Positions 52,451-60,571 of a DNA stretch of 64,000 bases are shown piece after piece (position 1 is the first letter of the stretch; each line of letters opens with the position of its first letter). Source of the stretch: an uncultured Gammaproteobacteria bacterium (GTDB lineage: Bacteria > Actinomycetota > Acidimicrobiia > Spongiisociales > SHLN01); NCBI GenBank assembly GCA_964195905.1, contig CAXMQV010000127.1, positions 17,681 to 81,680 of the forward strand, written 5' to 3'. Under the pieces are notes generated by a model. The model did no database searches. It was not told the origin of the DNA and was given only the letters and a program-made list of their open reading frames with translations. Both the position numbers and the translations under genes were made by a program.

Positions 52451-53875
52451 ATGGTTTTCAACTCGTTCGAGTTCGCAGTATTCCTGCCGCTCGTCTTCAT
52501 CCTCTACTGGACGGTGCTGCGCAAGCGCCAGAACCTGTTGCTGCTGGTCGGTTCGTACATCTTCTACGGCTGGTGGGATTGGCGTTTCCTCAGCCTGATC
52601 GTGCTCTCCACCTTCACCGACTTCTACGTTGCCCAGGCGATAGCTGACCGCCGGGATGCAAAAGTTCGCCGTCTGCTCATGTTCGTGAGCATCGCCGTCA
52701 ACCTCGGCATTCTCGGCTTCTTCAAATACTTCGATTTCTTCATCGACTCAACGGCCGGCGCCCTCGATTCGATCGGACTCCAACCCAACTTGCCGACCCT
52801 CACCATCCTCCTGCCGGTCGGCATCTCCTTCTACACCTTCCAGACCCTTGGATACACGATCGACGTGTATCGCAAGAAGATGCAGCCGACCTCTGATTGG
52901 TTGAGCTTCGCCGTCTACGTCGCGTATTTCCCGCAATTGGTGGCCGGCCCCATCGAACGAGCCAGCCGACTGCTCCCCCAGATCGAGAAGCTGCGAGTCC
53001 GCCTGACCGCCCCCGAGATCCGGTCCGGCCTCTACCTCATCCTGCTCGGGCTCTTCCGCAAGGTCGTGATTGCAGACGGGCTCGCCCCGATGGTCAATGA
53101 GGCATTCGGACGCTCGGGCTCGGGAGGATGGCTCCGCCTTCTGCTCGGCATCTATGCCTTCTCTCTTCAGATCTACGGCGATTTCGCCGGCTACTCCGCC
53201 ATTGCCCGCGGAACGAGCCGGCTGCTTGGAATCGAGCTGATGGAGAACTTCCGCCAACCGTACTTATCGCGCAACATCACACACTTCTGGCGCACCTGGC
53301 ACATCTCACTGTCGACCTGGCTGCGCGACTACCTCTACATCACCGTGGGCGGCAATCGTCGGGGCACGATCTTCACGTACCGAAATCTCATGATCACCAT
53401 GCTTCTCGGCGGGCTCTGGCATGGAGCGGCCTGGACATTTGTCGTGTGGGGTGGCCTGCACGGCCTCTATCTGGCTGCCCACCGCAGCCTCCGCCACAAG
53501 AGCCCCAAGGCTGCCGACGACTCATTCACCATGGCCGACATCCTTCCCACCCTCGCAACGTTTCACCTGGTGGCGCTGTCGTGGATCTTCTTCCGGGCCG
53601 ACTCTTTCACCCAGGCCTGGGACTACCTCACCGGCATCGTGACCTTGCGGGGCGGCGTTCCCGACCTCGTGGCGGCCGGTGAGATGCTGGCCCTGCTCGC
53701 TCCACTCGGGTTGCTGAGCTTCATCATCGACTTCGCCCAACGTCAGGCGAGAAACCAGACCGCCCCGCTCGAGTGGCCGGTGCTGAGCCGGGGCCTGGCC
53801 TACGGTGTCATGAGCGTTGGGCTCATCGTCTTCACCGGCGGCGGTTCAGTCCCCTTCATCTACTTCCAATTCTGA
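52451..53875 (+). CDS. MBOAT-family O-acyltransferase (AlgI/DltB/PatA-like)
   Basis: MVFNSFEFAVFLPLVFILYW, FWRTWHISLSTWLRDYLY, GGLWHGAAW (catalytic His). Confidence 0.92.
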   Translation: MVFNSFEFAVFLPLVFILYWTVLRKRQNLLLLVGSYIFYGWWDWRFLSLIVLSTFTDFYVAQAIADRRDAKVRRLLMFVSIAVNLGILGFFKYFDFFIDSTAGALDSIGLQPNLPTLTILLPVGISFYTFQTLGYTIDVYRKKMQPTSDWLSFAVYVAYFPQLVAGPIERASRLLPQIEKLRVRLTAPEIRSGLYLILLGLFRKVVIADGLAPMVNEAFGRSGSGGWLRLLLGIYAFSLQIYGDFAGYSAIARGTSRLLGIELMENFRQPYLSRNITHFWRTWHISLSTWLRDYLYITVGGNRRGTIFTYRNLMITMLLGGLWHGAAWTFVVWGGLHGLYLAAHRSLRHKSPKAADDSFTMADILPTLATFHLVALSWIFFRADSFTQAWDYLTGIVTLRGGVPDLVAAGEMLALLAPLGLLSFIIDFAQRQARNQTAPLEWPVLSRGLAYGVMSVGLIVFTGGGSVPFIYFQF

Positions 53876-54936
53876 TGAGCGCCCTTCCCGACGCCACCGC
53901 CGCCGACCAGGATCTGATCATGGTTGATTCCCAATCCGAGAGAGCACCCAGGGCCGGGATGCTCGGACGGCCGGGGGCGAAGACGTTCATCATCTTCATC
54001 GCCGTGCTCGTGCTCTCGGAGCTGGCTGCTCGCGTTCTGGCAGGAGGGCTCCCCAACCCCGATTGGAACTTCGCCCAGACCGACCGGAAGGTCGCCGAGA
54101 TGGAGGCGATGGCGGCGGCCGGTGAAACTACCGATGTCGTGTTGATCGGGAACTCGTCGGTGAATGCTGCCTTCGTCGCCCGGGACCTGGAGGAGCGCAG
54201 TGGCCTCGGAACGTTCTTCAACGCCGGACTGGATGGTTCCTCAATGCGCCAGACCGAGGATTGGACACTCAACGTTGTGGTTCCTCTCATTGCCCCCGAA
54301 ACGGTGGTGATCGGCCTGACGAGCCGCGACCTCAACGACGGAAGCAGCTCGAACGCCGAGGTATTCGACAAATATCTGAACTCCCGTGGCCGGGCCACAT
54401 TCCTGGGCGAGGAGACCACCGGTCAGAAGGTCCAGCGAGCGCTCTCGGAAGTGTCGGCCCTCGTCAAGATCAGCCCGTTCCTGCGCGATCCAGCCTCCCT
54501 CGTGACCCAGTACAACCCGGACGGGCCCGATACAGGCGAGTTCGTGCTGCCCGGCGAGGATTACAACCCCCGCCCGCTCGACGTGACCCGCACCAGGGAG
54601 CGGGCGCTCAACGACTACGCGCTCGGGGGCGTTGAGCTCGCCGCCCTCGGCCGACTCGTTCAACAACTGGAATCGCAGGGGATCGAGGTCGTGGTGGCCG
54701 AAATGCCCTACGTCGCCGAGGACTATCTCGACCTGCATCCCAACGGCGTCACCGACTACAACGCTTACCGCCAACTGGTGGCGGCCTTCACAGCCGAGAA
54801 GGGCCTGACCTACATCGATCTGACCGATCACCCGTGGACGACCGCTGAGTTCTACGACTTCCTGCACGTGAACTCGGCGGGCATCGCCATCGTCAATGCC
54901 ATGCTGGCCGACGCCCTCGCCGCCAACGCCGGCTAG
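53875..54936 (+). CDS. MBOAT partner protein (DltD/AlgJ/PatB-like SGNH-type fold, tentative)
   Basis: TGATG stop/start overlap with the MBOAT gene. N-terminal TM. LIGNSSVNAAF (block-I-like) and YDFLHVNSAG (DxxH-like). Confidence 0.6.
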   Translation: MSALPDATAADQDLIMVDSQSERAPRAGMLGRPGAKTFIIFIAVLVLSELAARVLAGGLPNPDWNFAQTDRKVAEMEAMAAAGETTDVVLIGNSSVNAAFVARDLEERSGLGTFFNAGLDGSSMRQTEDWTLNVVVPLIAPETVVIGLTSRDLNDGSSSNAEVFDKYLNSRGRATFLGEETTGQKVQRALSEVSALVKISPFLRDPASLVTQYNPDGPDTGEFVLPGEDYNPRPLDVTRTRERALNDYALGGVELAALGRLVQQLESQGIEVVVAEMPYVAEDYLDLHPNGVTDYNAYRQLVAAFTAEKGLTYIDLTDHPWTTAEFYDFLHVNSAGIAIVNAMLADALAANAG

Positions 54937-55754
54937 ACCGCCCCGTCATCGGGTGGATACATCACCCGGCCCCGGTTGTGGGCAACCTCCTCGTCGACGA
55001 TGGCATCTCCATTGCGATCGATGATGCGTCGCCGAAGCCGGTTCTCGCGCCACCATAGATCGCCGATCTGGAAGAACCGGTGATCGATCTCTTCCACCTC
55101 CACCCGCCACCCCGGATCTTCCCGAGCCCAAAGCTCACTGACGAAGAAGCGGCCTTGCACCCGGGCCGCCAACATCACCGGCGTGGGAAGCGGGTTCCGA
55201 AAACGGAAATCGGCGTAGTTGTAGACGACGGTGGCCCCGCATCCGAACGGAACAGTTCGTTCATGATCGGGAAACAGATCCAGTCCGTGCCGGTGGCGCT
55301 CGACGATGTGCATCCCGGCGCGAACTGCGACCCAGTAGAAGCTGTTCGAGACCTGGCACAGCCCCCCACCGATCCCTGCGGCAGGTGCCCCGTTGTGGAG
55401 CTCGAGTCCGGCACGAAAGCCCCGACGACTCGTTGGTCGCCCGATGGCGTGGTGATGAGAGAACACCTGACCGGGGCCGACGATCAGTCCATCGAGGAGG
55501 CCGGCCGCTCGAGTCACGTTGACCTCCTTGCCAAGCTGCAGATGCTGATCGAGACCGGTTGCCGACCGTGCCAGCGGGGAGGAATGGGCGGCCAGGAGAT
55601 GACGAAACCCCTGGCGCTCATCGGACGTCGCCTGAGTACCGGCGATGCTCCGGCGCTCCCACAGCCAAGCGGGCAACCGGCGCAGTTGCAGGAGCCAGAG
55701 TCGGATCGGGAAGGGCACGATCCGCCGAGGAAACTCTCGCAACCACTCGCTCAT
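54933..55754 (-). CDS. VanW-family protein
   Basis: GGGLCQVSNSFYWVAVRAGMHIVERHRH... Confidence 0.8.
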   Translation of the reverse strand: MSEWLREFPRRIVPFPIRLWLLQLRRLPAWLWERRSIAGTQATSDERQGFRHLLAAHSSPLARSATGLDQHLQLGKEVNVTRAAGLLDGLIVGPGQVFSHHHAIGRPTSRRGFRAGLELHNGAPAAGIGGGLCQVSNSFYWVAVRAGMHIVERHRHGLDLFPDHERTVPFGCGATVVYNYADFRFRNPLPTPVMLAARVQGRFFVSELWAREDPGWRVEVEEIDHRFFQIGDLWWRENRLRRRIIDRNGDAIVDEEVAHNRGRVMYPPDDGAV

Positions 55755-55778
55755 TTCCCAACCCTATTTCAACACGCA

Positions 55779-55809
55779 AGCCCCCGGCGTCCGAAGACGA
55801 CCGGGGGCT
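55779..55809 (-). terminator. hairpin 30 nt downstream of pnp
   Basis: AGCCCCCGGCGTC..GACGaCCGGGGGCT, followed on the minus strand by a moderately U-rich run. Confidence 0.55.
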
Positions 55810-55838
55810 GCAGCAAGCCGGAAAATGAGCCAGGGAGA

Positions 55839-58301
55839 CTAGCCGTCGAGGCCTTTCTCGAACTCGTCCTCGAAGCTGGCGGCCCGACGACGGGTGGAGC
55901 CGGCGTCACCGGAGTCGCTCCGGTTCTCGGCGGCCTCATCCGAGCGGGGACGGCGGCGGCGGGAACTGTCGCCGCTATCACCCTTGTCCGACCGGTCACG
56001 GCTCTCGGAGCGTCCGCCCCGATCACGGTCACGGCCACCACGGTCACGATCACCACGATCGCGGTCACGGCCACCACGGTCACGATCACCACGGTCACGG
56101 TCACGGTCACGACCGCGATCACCGCGGTCGTCGTCACCGTCGCCTCCGCCATCGGAGGGCGGCTCACCGGCCATGTTGAGGCTGACCTTGCCGTTGCGGT
56201 CGATCTCGCCGACCACGACCTGGATCTTGTCGCCCAGGCTGAGCTCATCTTCGACATTGTCGATCCGGCGATTGCCGCCGATCTTGGAGATGTGCAGCAG
56301 ACCGTCGCGACCGGGAAGGATGTTGACGAACGCACCGAACTTGGTGATGTTCACCACTTCGCCTTCGTACTCCTTGCCCAATTCGGCCTCGGGCGGGAAG
56401 GCGATCATCATCACCTTGTTCTTGGCAGCTTCCATCGACTCCTGGTCGGCGGCGCCGACCCGGATGGTCCCGTCATCGTCGATGTCGAGCGTGGCGCCCG
56501 TCTCCTCCTCGATTTCGCGGATCATCTTGCCCTTGGGACCAATGATCTCGCCGATCTTGTCGCGCGGGATCTGCACCGCTTCGATGCGGGGCGTGAACGG
56601 CCGCAGCTCTTCGCGGGGCCCCTCGATCGCCTCATGCATGGCGGCCAGGACCTTGAGCCGGGCATCCTTGGCCTGGTTGAGGGCACCGGTGAGCACCTCT
56701 TCGGGCAAGCCTTCGATCTTCGTATCGAGCTGCAAGGCCGTGATGACATCGGCTGTGCCTGCCACCTTGAAGTCCATGTCTCCGAGAGCGTCCTCGGCGC
56801 CGAGGATGTCGGTCAGAGTGACGAACCCGTCTTCGTGAGCGATTAGTCCCATGGCGATGCCGGCCACCGGAGCAATGATCGGAACACCTGCGTCCATGAG
56901 CGACAAGCTCGAGCCGCATACCGACGCCATCGAGCTCGACCCATTCGACGCCAGCACTTCCGACACGAGCCGGAAGGCATAGGGGAAGTCATCGGAAGTC
57001 GGAATGGTGGGAAGCAGGGCCTTCTCAGCGAGCGCCCCGTGGCCGATCTCACGACGCTTGGGACCGCGCATGAAGCCGGTCTCACCGGTCGAGTACGGCG
57101 GGAAGTTGTAGTGGTGCATGTAGCGCTTGGATTCCTCGAGCGCGATGGTGTCGAGCATCTGCTCCATCCGCAGCATTCCGAGGGTGGTCACATTGAGCAC
57201 CTGCGTGTCACCGCGCTTGAACAGCCCGGAGCCATGCGTCCGATCGAGGACGCCGACCTCGGCTTCGAGCGCCCGGATATCGGCGGCGGCGCGCCCGTCG
57301 AGACGGACACCCTCGGAGACCACCCGCTGGCGCATCTTCTGCTTCATTACCGAACCGAACGCCTTCTTGACCATGGCGGCCTCGTCGGCTTCGGTGTCCT
57401 CGCTGATGAGCTCGGCCTGGATCGCTTCGCGGAGGCCGGACTGCGCTTCGCTGCGGGCCTTCTTGTCGGTAATGGTAATGACATCCATGGCGCGATCACC
57501 GATGGCGGCCGACACGCGGTCAAACACCTCGGGCGTGTAGTCGGTTACGAGCGGGAACTCGACCTCGGCCGGATTGAAGTTGGCGGCGAGCTCGAGCTGA
57601 AGATCGATGAGCTGACCGATGAAGGCCTTGGATTCTTCGAGGCCCCGGGCCACAGTGTCCTCATCGCTCGGCGGCTGGCCCTCTCCGATGAGACGCAACC
57701 CGTCCTCGGTGGAACCGGCCTCAACCATGACGACGTCGATGCCGCCCTCGCTGTTGCGTTTTCCGGCAACGGTCAGCTCGAATACGCCGCCGTCCATGTC
57801 CGTGTGAGTCGGCATGGCCATCCACTGGCCATCCTTGAGGCCCATGCGGACCGCCGCCAGCGGGCCTTCGAACGGGATCGGGCTGATCGTGAGCGCCGCC
57901 GAGGCACCGTTGAGAGCCGCCACGTCGTAGGGGTTCTCATGATCGACCTGCAGGATGGTGGCGATGATGTGGGTCTCGGAGCGGAACCCTTCTTTGAAGG
58001 ATGGCCGCAGCGGCCGGTCGATGAGGCGACAGGTGAGGATGGCTCGCTCGGTGGCCCGACCCTCCCGTCGGAAGAACGATCCGGGGATCCGTCCGACCGC
58101 ATACATGCGCTCTTCTACGTCCACGGTGAGCGGGAAGAAGTCGACTCCTTCGCGCAGGCGGCGGGATGCCGTTGCGGTCACGAGGACCTCGGTTCCGCCG
58201 ACGTTGACGGTTACGGCCCCGTCGGCTTGGAGGGCAGTCTTGCCGGCCGAGAATGCTATCTCGGAGTTTCCGACCTGGCCCTTGACGGTGAATTCAGACA
58301 C
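55839..58301 (-). CDS. pnp: polyribonucleotide nucleotidyltransferase (PNPase) with ~100-aa Arg/Asp-rich C-terminal extension
   Basis: Two RNase PH domains, then KH and S1 (GEVVNITKFGAFVNILPGRDGLLHIS). Tail GDRGRDRDRDRGDRDRGGRDRDRGDRDRGGRDRDRGGRSESRDR. Confidence 0.95.
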   Translation of the reverse strand: MSEFTVKGQVGNSEIAFSAGKTALQADGAVTVNVGGTEVLVTATASRRLREGVDFFPLTVDVEERMYAVGRIPGSFFRREGRATERAILTCRLIDRPLRPSFKEGFRSETHIIATILQVDHENPYDVAALNGASAALTISPIPFEGPLAAVRMGLKDGQWMAMPTHTDMDGGVFELTVAGKRNSEGGIDVVMVEAGSTEDGLRLIGEGQPPSDEDTVARGLEESKAFIGQLIDLQLELAANFNPAEVEFPLVTDYTPEVFDRVSAAIGDRAMDVITITDKKARSEAQSGLREAIQAELISEDTEADEAAMVKKAFGSVMKQKMRQRVVSEGVRLDGRAAADIRALEAEVGVLDRTHGSGLFKRGDTQVLNVTTLGMLRMEQMLDTIALEESKRYMHHYNFPPYSTGETGFMRGPKRREIGHGALAEKALLPTIPTSDDFPYAFRLVSEVLASNGSSSMASVCGSSLSLMDAGVPIIAPVAGIAMGLIAHEDGFVTLTDILGAEDALGDMDFKVAGTADVITALQLDTKIEGLPEEVLTGALNQAKDARLKVLAAMHEAIEGPREELRPFTPRIEAVQIPRDKIGEIIGPKGKMIREIEEETGATLDIDDDGTIRVGAADQESMEAAKNKVMMIAFPPEAELGKEYEGEVVNITKFGAFVNILPGRDGLLHISKIGGNRRIDNVEDELSLGDKIQVVVGEIDRNGKVSLNMAGEPPSDGGGDGDDDRGDRGRDRDRDRGDRDRGGRDRDRGDRDRGGRDRDRGGRSESRDRSDKGDSGDSSRRRRPRSDEAAENRSDSGDAGSTRRRAASFEDEFEKGLDG
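56021..56092 (-). repeat. 36-nt tandem duplication inside the pnp tail-coding region
   Basis: gatcacggtcacggccaccacggtcacgatcaccac / gatcgcggtcacggccaccacggtcacgatcaccac (1 mismatch). Encodes GDRDRGGRDRDR twice. Confidence 0.9.
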
Positions 58302-58319
58302 GCGTCTCTCCTTTTGTTT

Positions 58320-58448
58320 GGGGAGGAAGCGGGCCGATTACCAGTAGTCATGCCTTGCTCGTAACAAGGGATCACCACTGACAACCACCCGGGTCCTCAC
58401 ATTGTTCGCGACTATTCGCGTTGAAGGCGGCCCGATGGCTGCCTCCCC
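58320..58448 (-). promoter_or_regulatory. rpsO-pnp intergenic long-range stem (candidate RNase III / autoregulatory leader)
   Basis: GGGGAGG (58320-58326) pairs with CCTCCCC (58442-48) and CGGGCC (58330-35) with GGCCCG (58429-34), enclosing about 90 nt that include an inner hairpin CCTTG-N7-CAAGG (58353-58369). Confidence 0.4.
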
Positions 58449-58450
58449 GG

Positions 58451-58717
58451 TTACCGACGAAGTCCCAGCTTGGCTATGAGACTGCGGTAGCGCTCCACAT
58501 CCTGATTCTTCAGGTAATTGAGGAGACGACGGCGTTTTCCGACCAGCATGAGTAGTCCACGCCGGCTGTGATGATCCTTTTCGTGGAACTTCAAATGCTC
58601 GGTGAGATGGGCTACGCGTTGGGTAATCAGCGCCACCTGGACTTCCGGCGAACCGGAGTCGGTGGCGTGCTTGCCGAACTCTTCAATAATGGTCTTGGTG
58701 TCATTCACCTTGGAAAC
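58451..58717 (-). CDS. rpsO: 30S ribosomal protein S15
   Basis: [54 protein letters not shown] start at 58717 gives 88 aa. Confidence 0.92.
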   Translation of the reverse strand, partial: VSKVNDTKTIIEEFGKHATDSGSPEVQVALITQRVAHLTEHLKFHEKDHHSRRGLLMLVGKRRRLLNYLKNQDVERYRSLIAKLGLRR

Positions 58718-58783
58718 TCCGCCGGAATCGGCTTTCGGAACTGTAGCAGAGCGAGAACGATAGCTCGCTGTTTGGGAACCGCC

Positions 58784-58811
58784 AACAGGCATCAGGCATC
58801 AGGCATCGGGT
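58784..58811. repeat. tandem heptamer array (CATCAGG) x4
   Basis: caacagg catcagg catcagg catcggg. Confidence 0.9.
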
Positions 58812-58822
58812 AAGAATCGTTA

Positions 58823-58850
58823 CCCGTTTCCCGTTGCCGTTTCCGGTTGC
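58823..58850. repeat. imperfect heptamer array (CCCGTTT-like) x4
   Basis: cccgttt cccgttg ccgtttc cggttgc (one 6-nt step). Confidence 0.75.
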
Positions 58851-58982
58851 CCGAAAAAGACCCCAACCAGGCGTGCGGCGCGGTGATGGGGTTTCTCTGG
58901 GCCTGGCGCCGGCGGCGCCGGTCGTCCCCTATCTAGCCGTCCCGTGGCAGCAGTCGACTTCTCGGCCCCTGACGCGAGAGAA

Positions 58983-59384
58983 CTAGGGGCTCGGCCGAGA
59001 AGTGACATCGAGAACCGCTTCGGCCTCTACTTCTACCTTCCAGGCGGGGTCGAGGAGGGCGGCAACTACGACCATGGTGGCGGCCGGGGCAGCGCCGGCG
59101 AACAGTTCGGCGTGGGCGGCACCGATCTCCCCGGCGTCGGCTGGATCGGTGATGAACATGCGAGTCCGGACCACCTGGTCGAGCGTGGCGCCACCCTCGG
59201 TGAGGGCGGCTGCGATGATCTCGCCGCAGCGCCGCATCTGATCGCCGGCTCCCGACGCAACCGGCTCCCCCGGCGGAGGCACCGGGGCGGTGCCCGAGAC
59301 GAGGATGCGGTTTCCAACCCGTATGGCCCTGGAGAACCCGATGGTCTCCTCGTAGGGCGACGCTGAACGGATCCGCCTGATCAT
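58983..59384 (-). CDS. RidA/YjgF-family protein
   Basis: Start MIRRIRSASPYEETIGFSRAIRVGNRILVSGT. ATGA overlap with the upstream gene at 59381-59384. Confidence 0.8.
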   Translation of the reverse strand: MIRRIRSASPYEETIGFSRAIRVGNRILVSGTAPVPPPGEPVASGAGDQMRRCGEIIAAALTEGGATLDQVVRTRMFITDPADAGEIGAAHAELFAGAAPAATMVVVAALLDPAWKVEVEAEAVLDVTSRPSP

Positions 59385-60526
59385 GGAGACGCCGCCTCGG
59401 CCGCCACTCCCCCATCGCCGGTGAGCGCTGAGTCGACGACCTCGTGGCGGTGGACATACGTTGAGATGAAGGCCTGCACGGTGGCCGCCACCGGCAAGGC
59501 CATGAGTGTCCCCGGCACGCCCATGAGCGTCCCGCCTGCAATGGCGGAACCGAACGCGATGGCGGGATGGAGCGACATCGTTCGGGCGGTGATGCGGGGG
59601 CTGAGCAGGTAGTTCTCGATTTGCTGATAGACGAGCACGAAGACGAGGACGCCGATCGCGGTGGCCGGTGACTCGAGGAGGGCGATGAGGACCGGCAGCG
59701 CTCCCCCGATATAGGTCCCGACGACGGGGACGAACTGACTGAGCACGCCGAGCCACAAGGCGAGCGCCAGCGCGAACGGGACCCCGAGGATCCGAAACGC
59801 CACCCAGGTCGAGACCGTGGCGAAGGCGGCCAACAGGGCCCGCGAGTAGAAGTATCCGCCGGTCTTGTCGATGGCGATCTCCCACACGCGCAGCACCTCG
59901 CGTTGCCGGTCGGCGGGAAGCGTCGACATGAGGAGTCGACGGAAGCGGGGAGCGTCGGCCACCAGGTAGAACGTGAACAAGGCAATCGTAAGTCCCTGAA
60001 ACAAGGTGCTGATGAGACGCGACCCGACCCCGAAGGCGCTCCCGGCCAGGTCGGCTGCGTATCCCTGCAGCGTGGCATCGAAGTCGGTGAGCCCGTCTGC
60101 AATCCTGTCGGACGAGAACTCGATGCCGAAGCGCTCGGCCTGCACTGCCAGATCGTCGATGTAATCCGGCACCCGCTCGATGAACAACAGGGTCTGGTCG
60201 ATGATGAGCGGCACCATCAACCCCACGAGCGCCGAACCGGCCAACAGCACAACAACAAAGATGGCACCGGTCGCCAGGCCCCGGCGCCAACCGCGCCTGG
60301 CGAGGTAGTTGACTGCCGGTTCCAGCGCCGTGGCGAGGAACGCCGAGATGAGCAGAAGCACGATGAGCCCGCGCAGTGCCCGGAACACAGCCAACCCGGC
60401 AAAGAGCGCCACGACCATGCCGGCCACCATCACCAGAAGATGGGGAATCCAGGCGGGCATCCCGGCGCGGGCCGCCAGAATCCCACGGTAAATACCCGGT
60501 TGTCGCGGCTCGTCGATGGTGCTCAC
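59381..60526 (-). CDS. AI-2E (PerM/UPF0118) family transporter
   Basis: 381 aa, about 8 TM. VLVYQQIENYLLSPRI signature. Confidence 0.88.
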   Translation of the reverse strand: MSTIDEPRQPGIYRGILAARAGMPAWIPHLLVMVAGMVVALFAGLAVFRALRGLIVLLLISAFLATALEPAVNYLARRGWRRGLATGAIFVVVLLAGSALVGLMVPLIIDQTLLFIERVPDYIDDLAVQAERFGIEFSSDRIADGLTDFDATLQGYAADLAGSAFGVGSRLISTLFQGLTIALFTFYLVADAPRFRRLLMSTLPADRQREVLRVWEIAIDKTGGYFYSRALLAAFATVSTWVAFRILGVPFALALALWLGVLSQFVPVVGTYIGGALPVLIALLESPATAIGVLVFVLVYQQIENYLLSPRITARTMSLHPAIAFGSAIAGGTLMGVPGTLMALPVAATVQAFISTYVHRHEVVDSALTGDGGVAAEAASP

Positions 60527-60571
60527 AGTGGCGAGGTTATAGAGCGGCCCGATGATTCTGCGGGTTTGTGG

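Noticed and set aside
55080-58364. 588-aa and 441-aa + strand ORFs (55080-56846, 57039-58364)
   Set aside because: They lie antisense to VanW and pnp. The Thr/Val repeats in the first simply mirror the RD-repeat tail of PNPase.
58933-60290. 389-aa and 435-aa minus-strand ORFs overlapping the AI-2E transporter
   Set aside because: They are alternative frames of the AI-2E gene with Arg/Pro-rich composition. Only the last 133 codons of the 435-aa ORF (the RidA-like part, 58983-59384) are kept.
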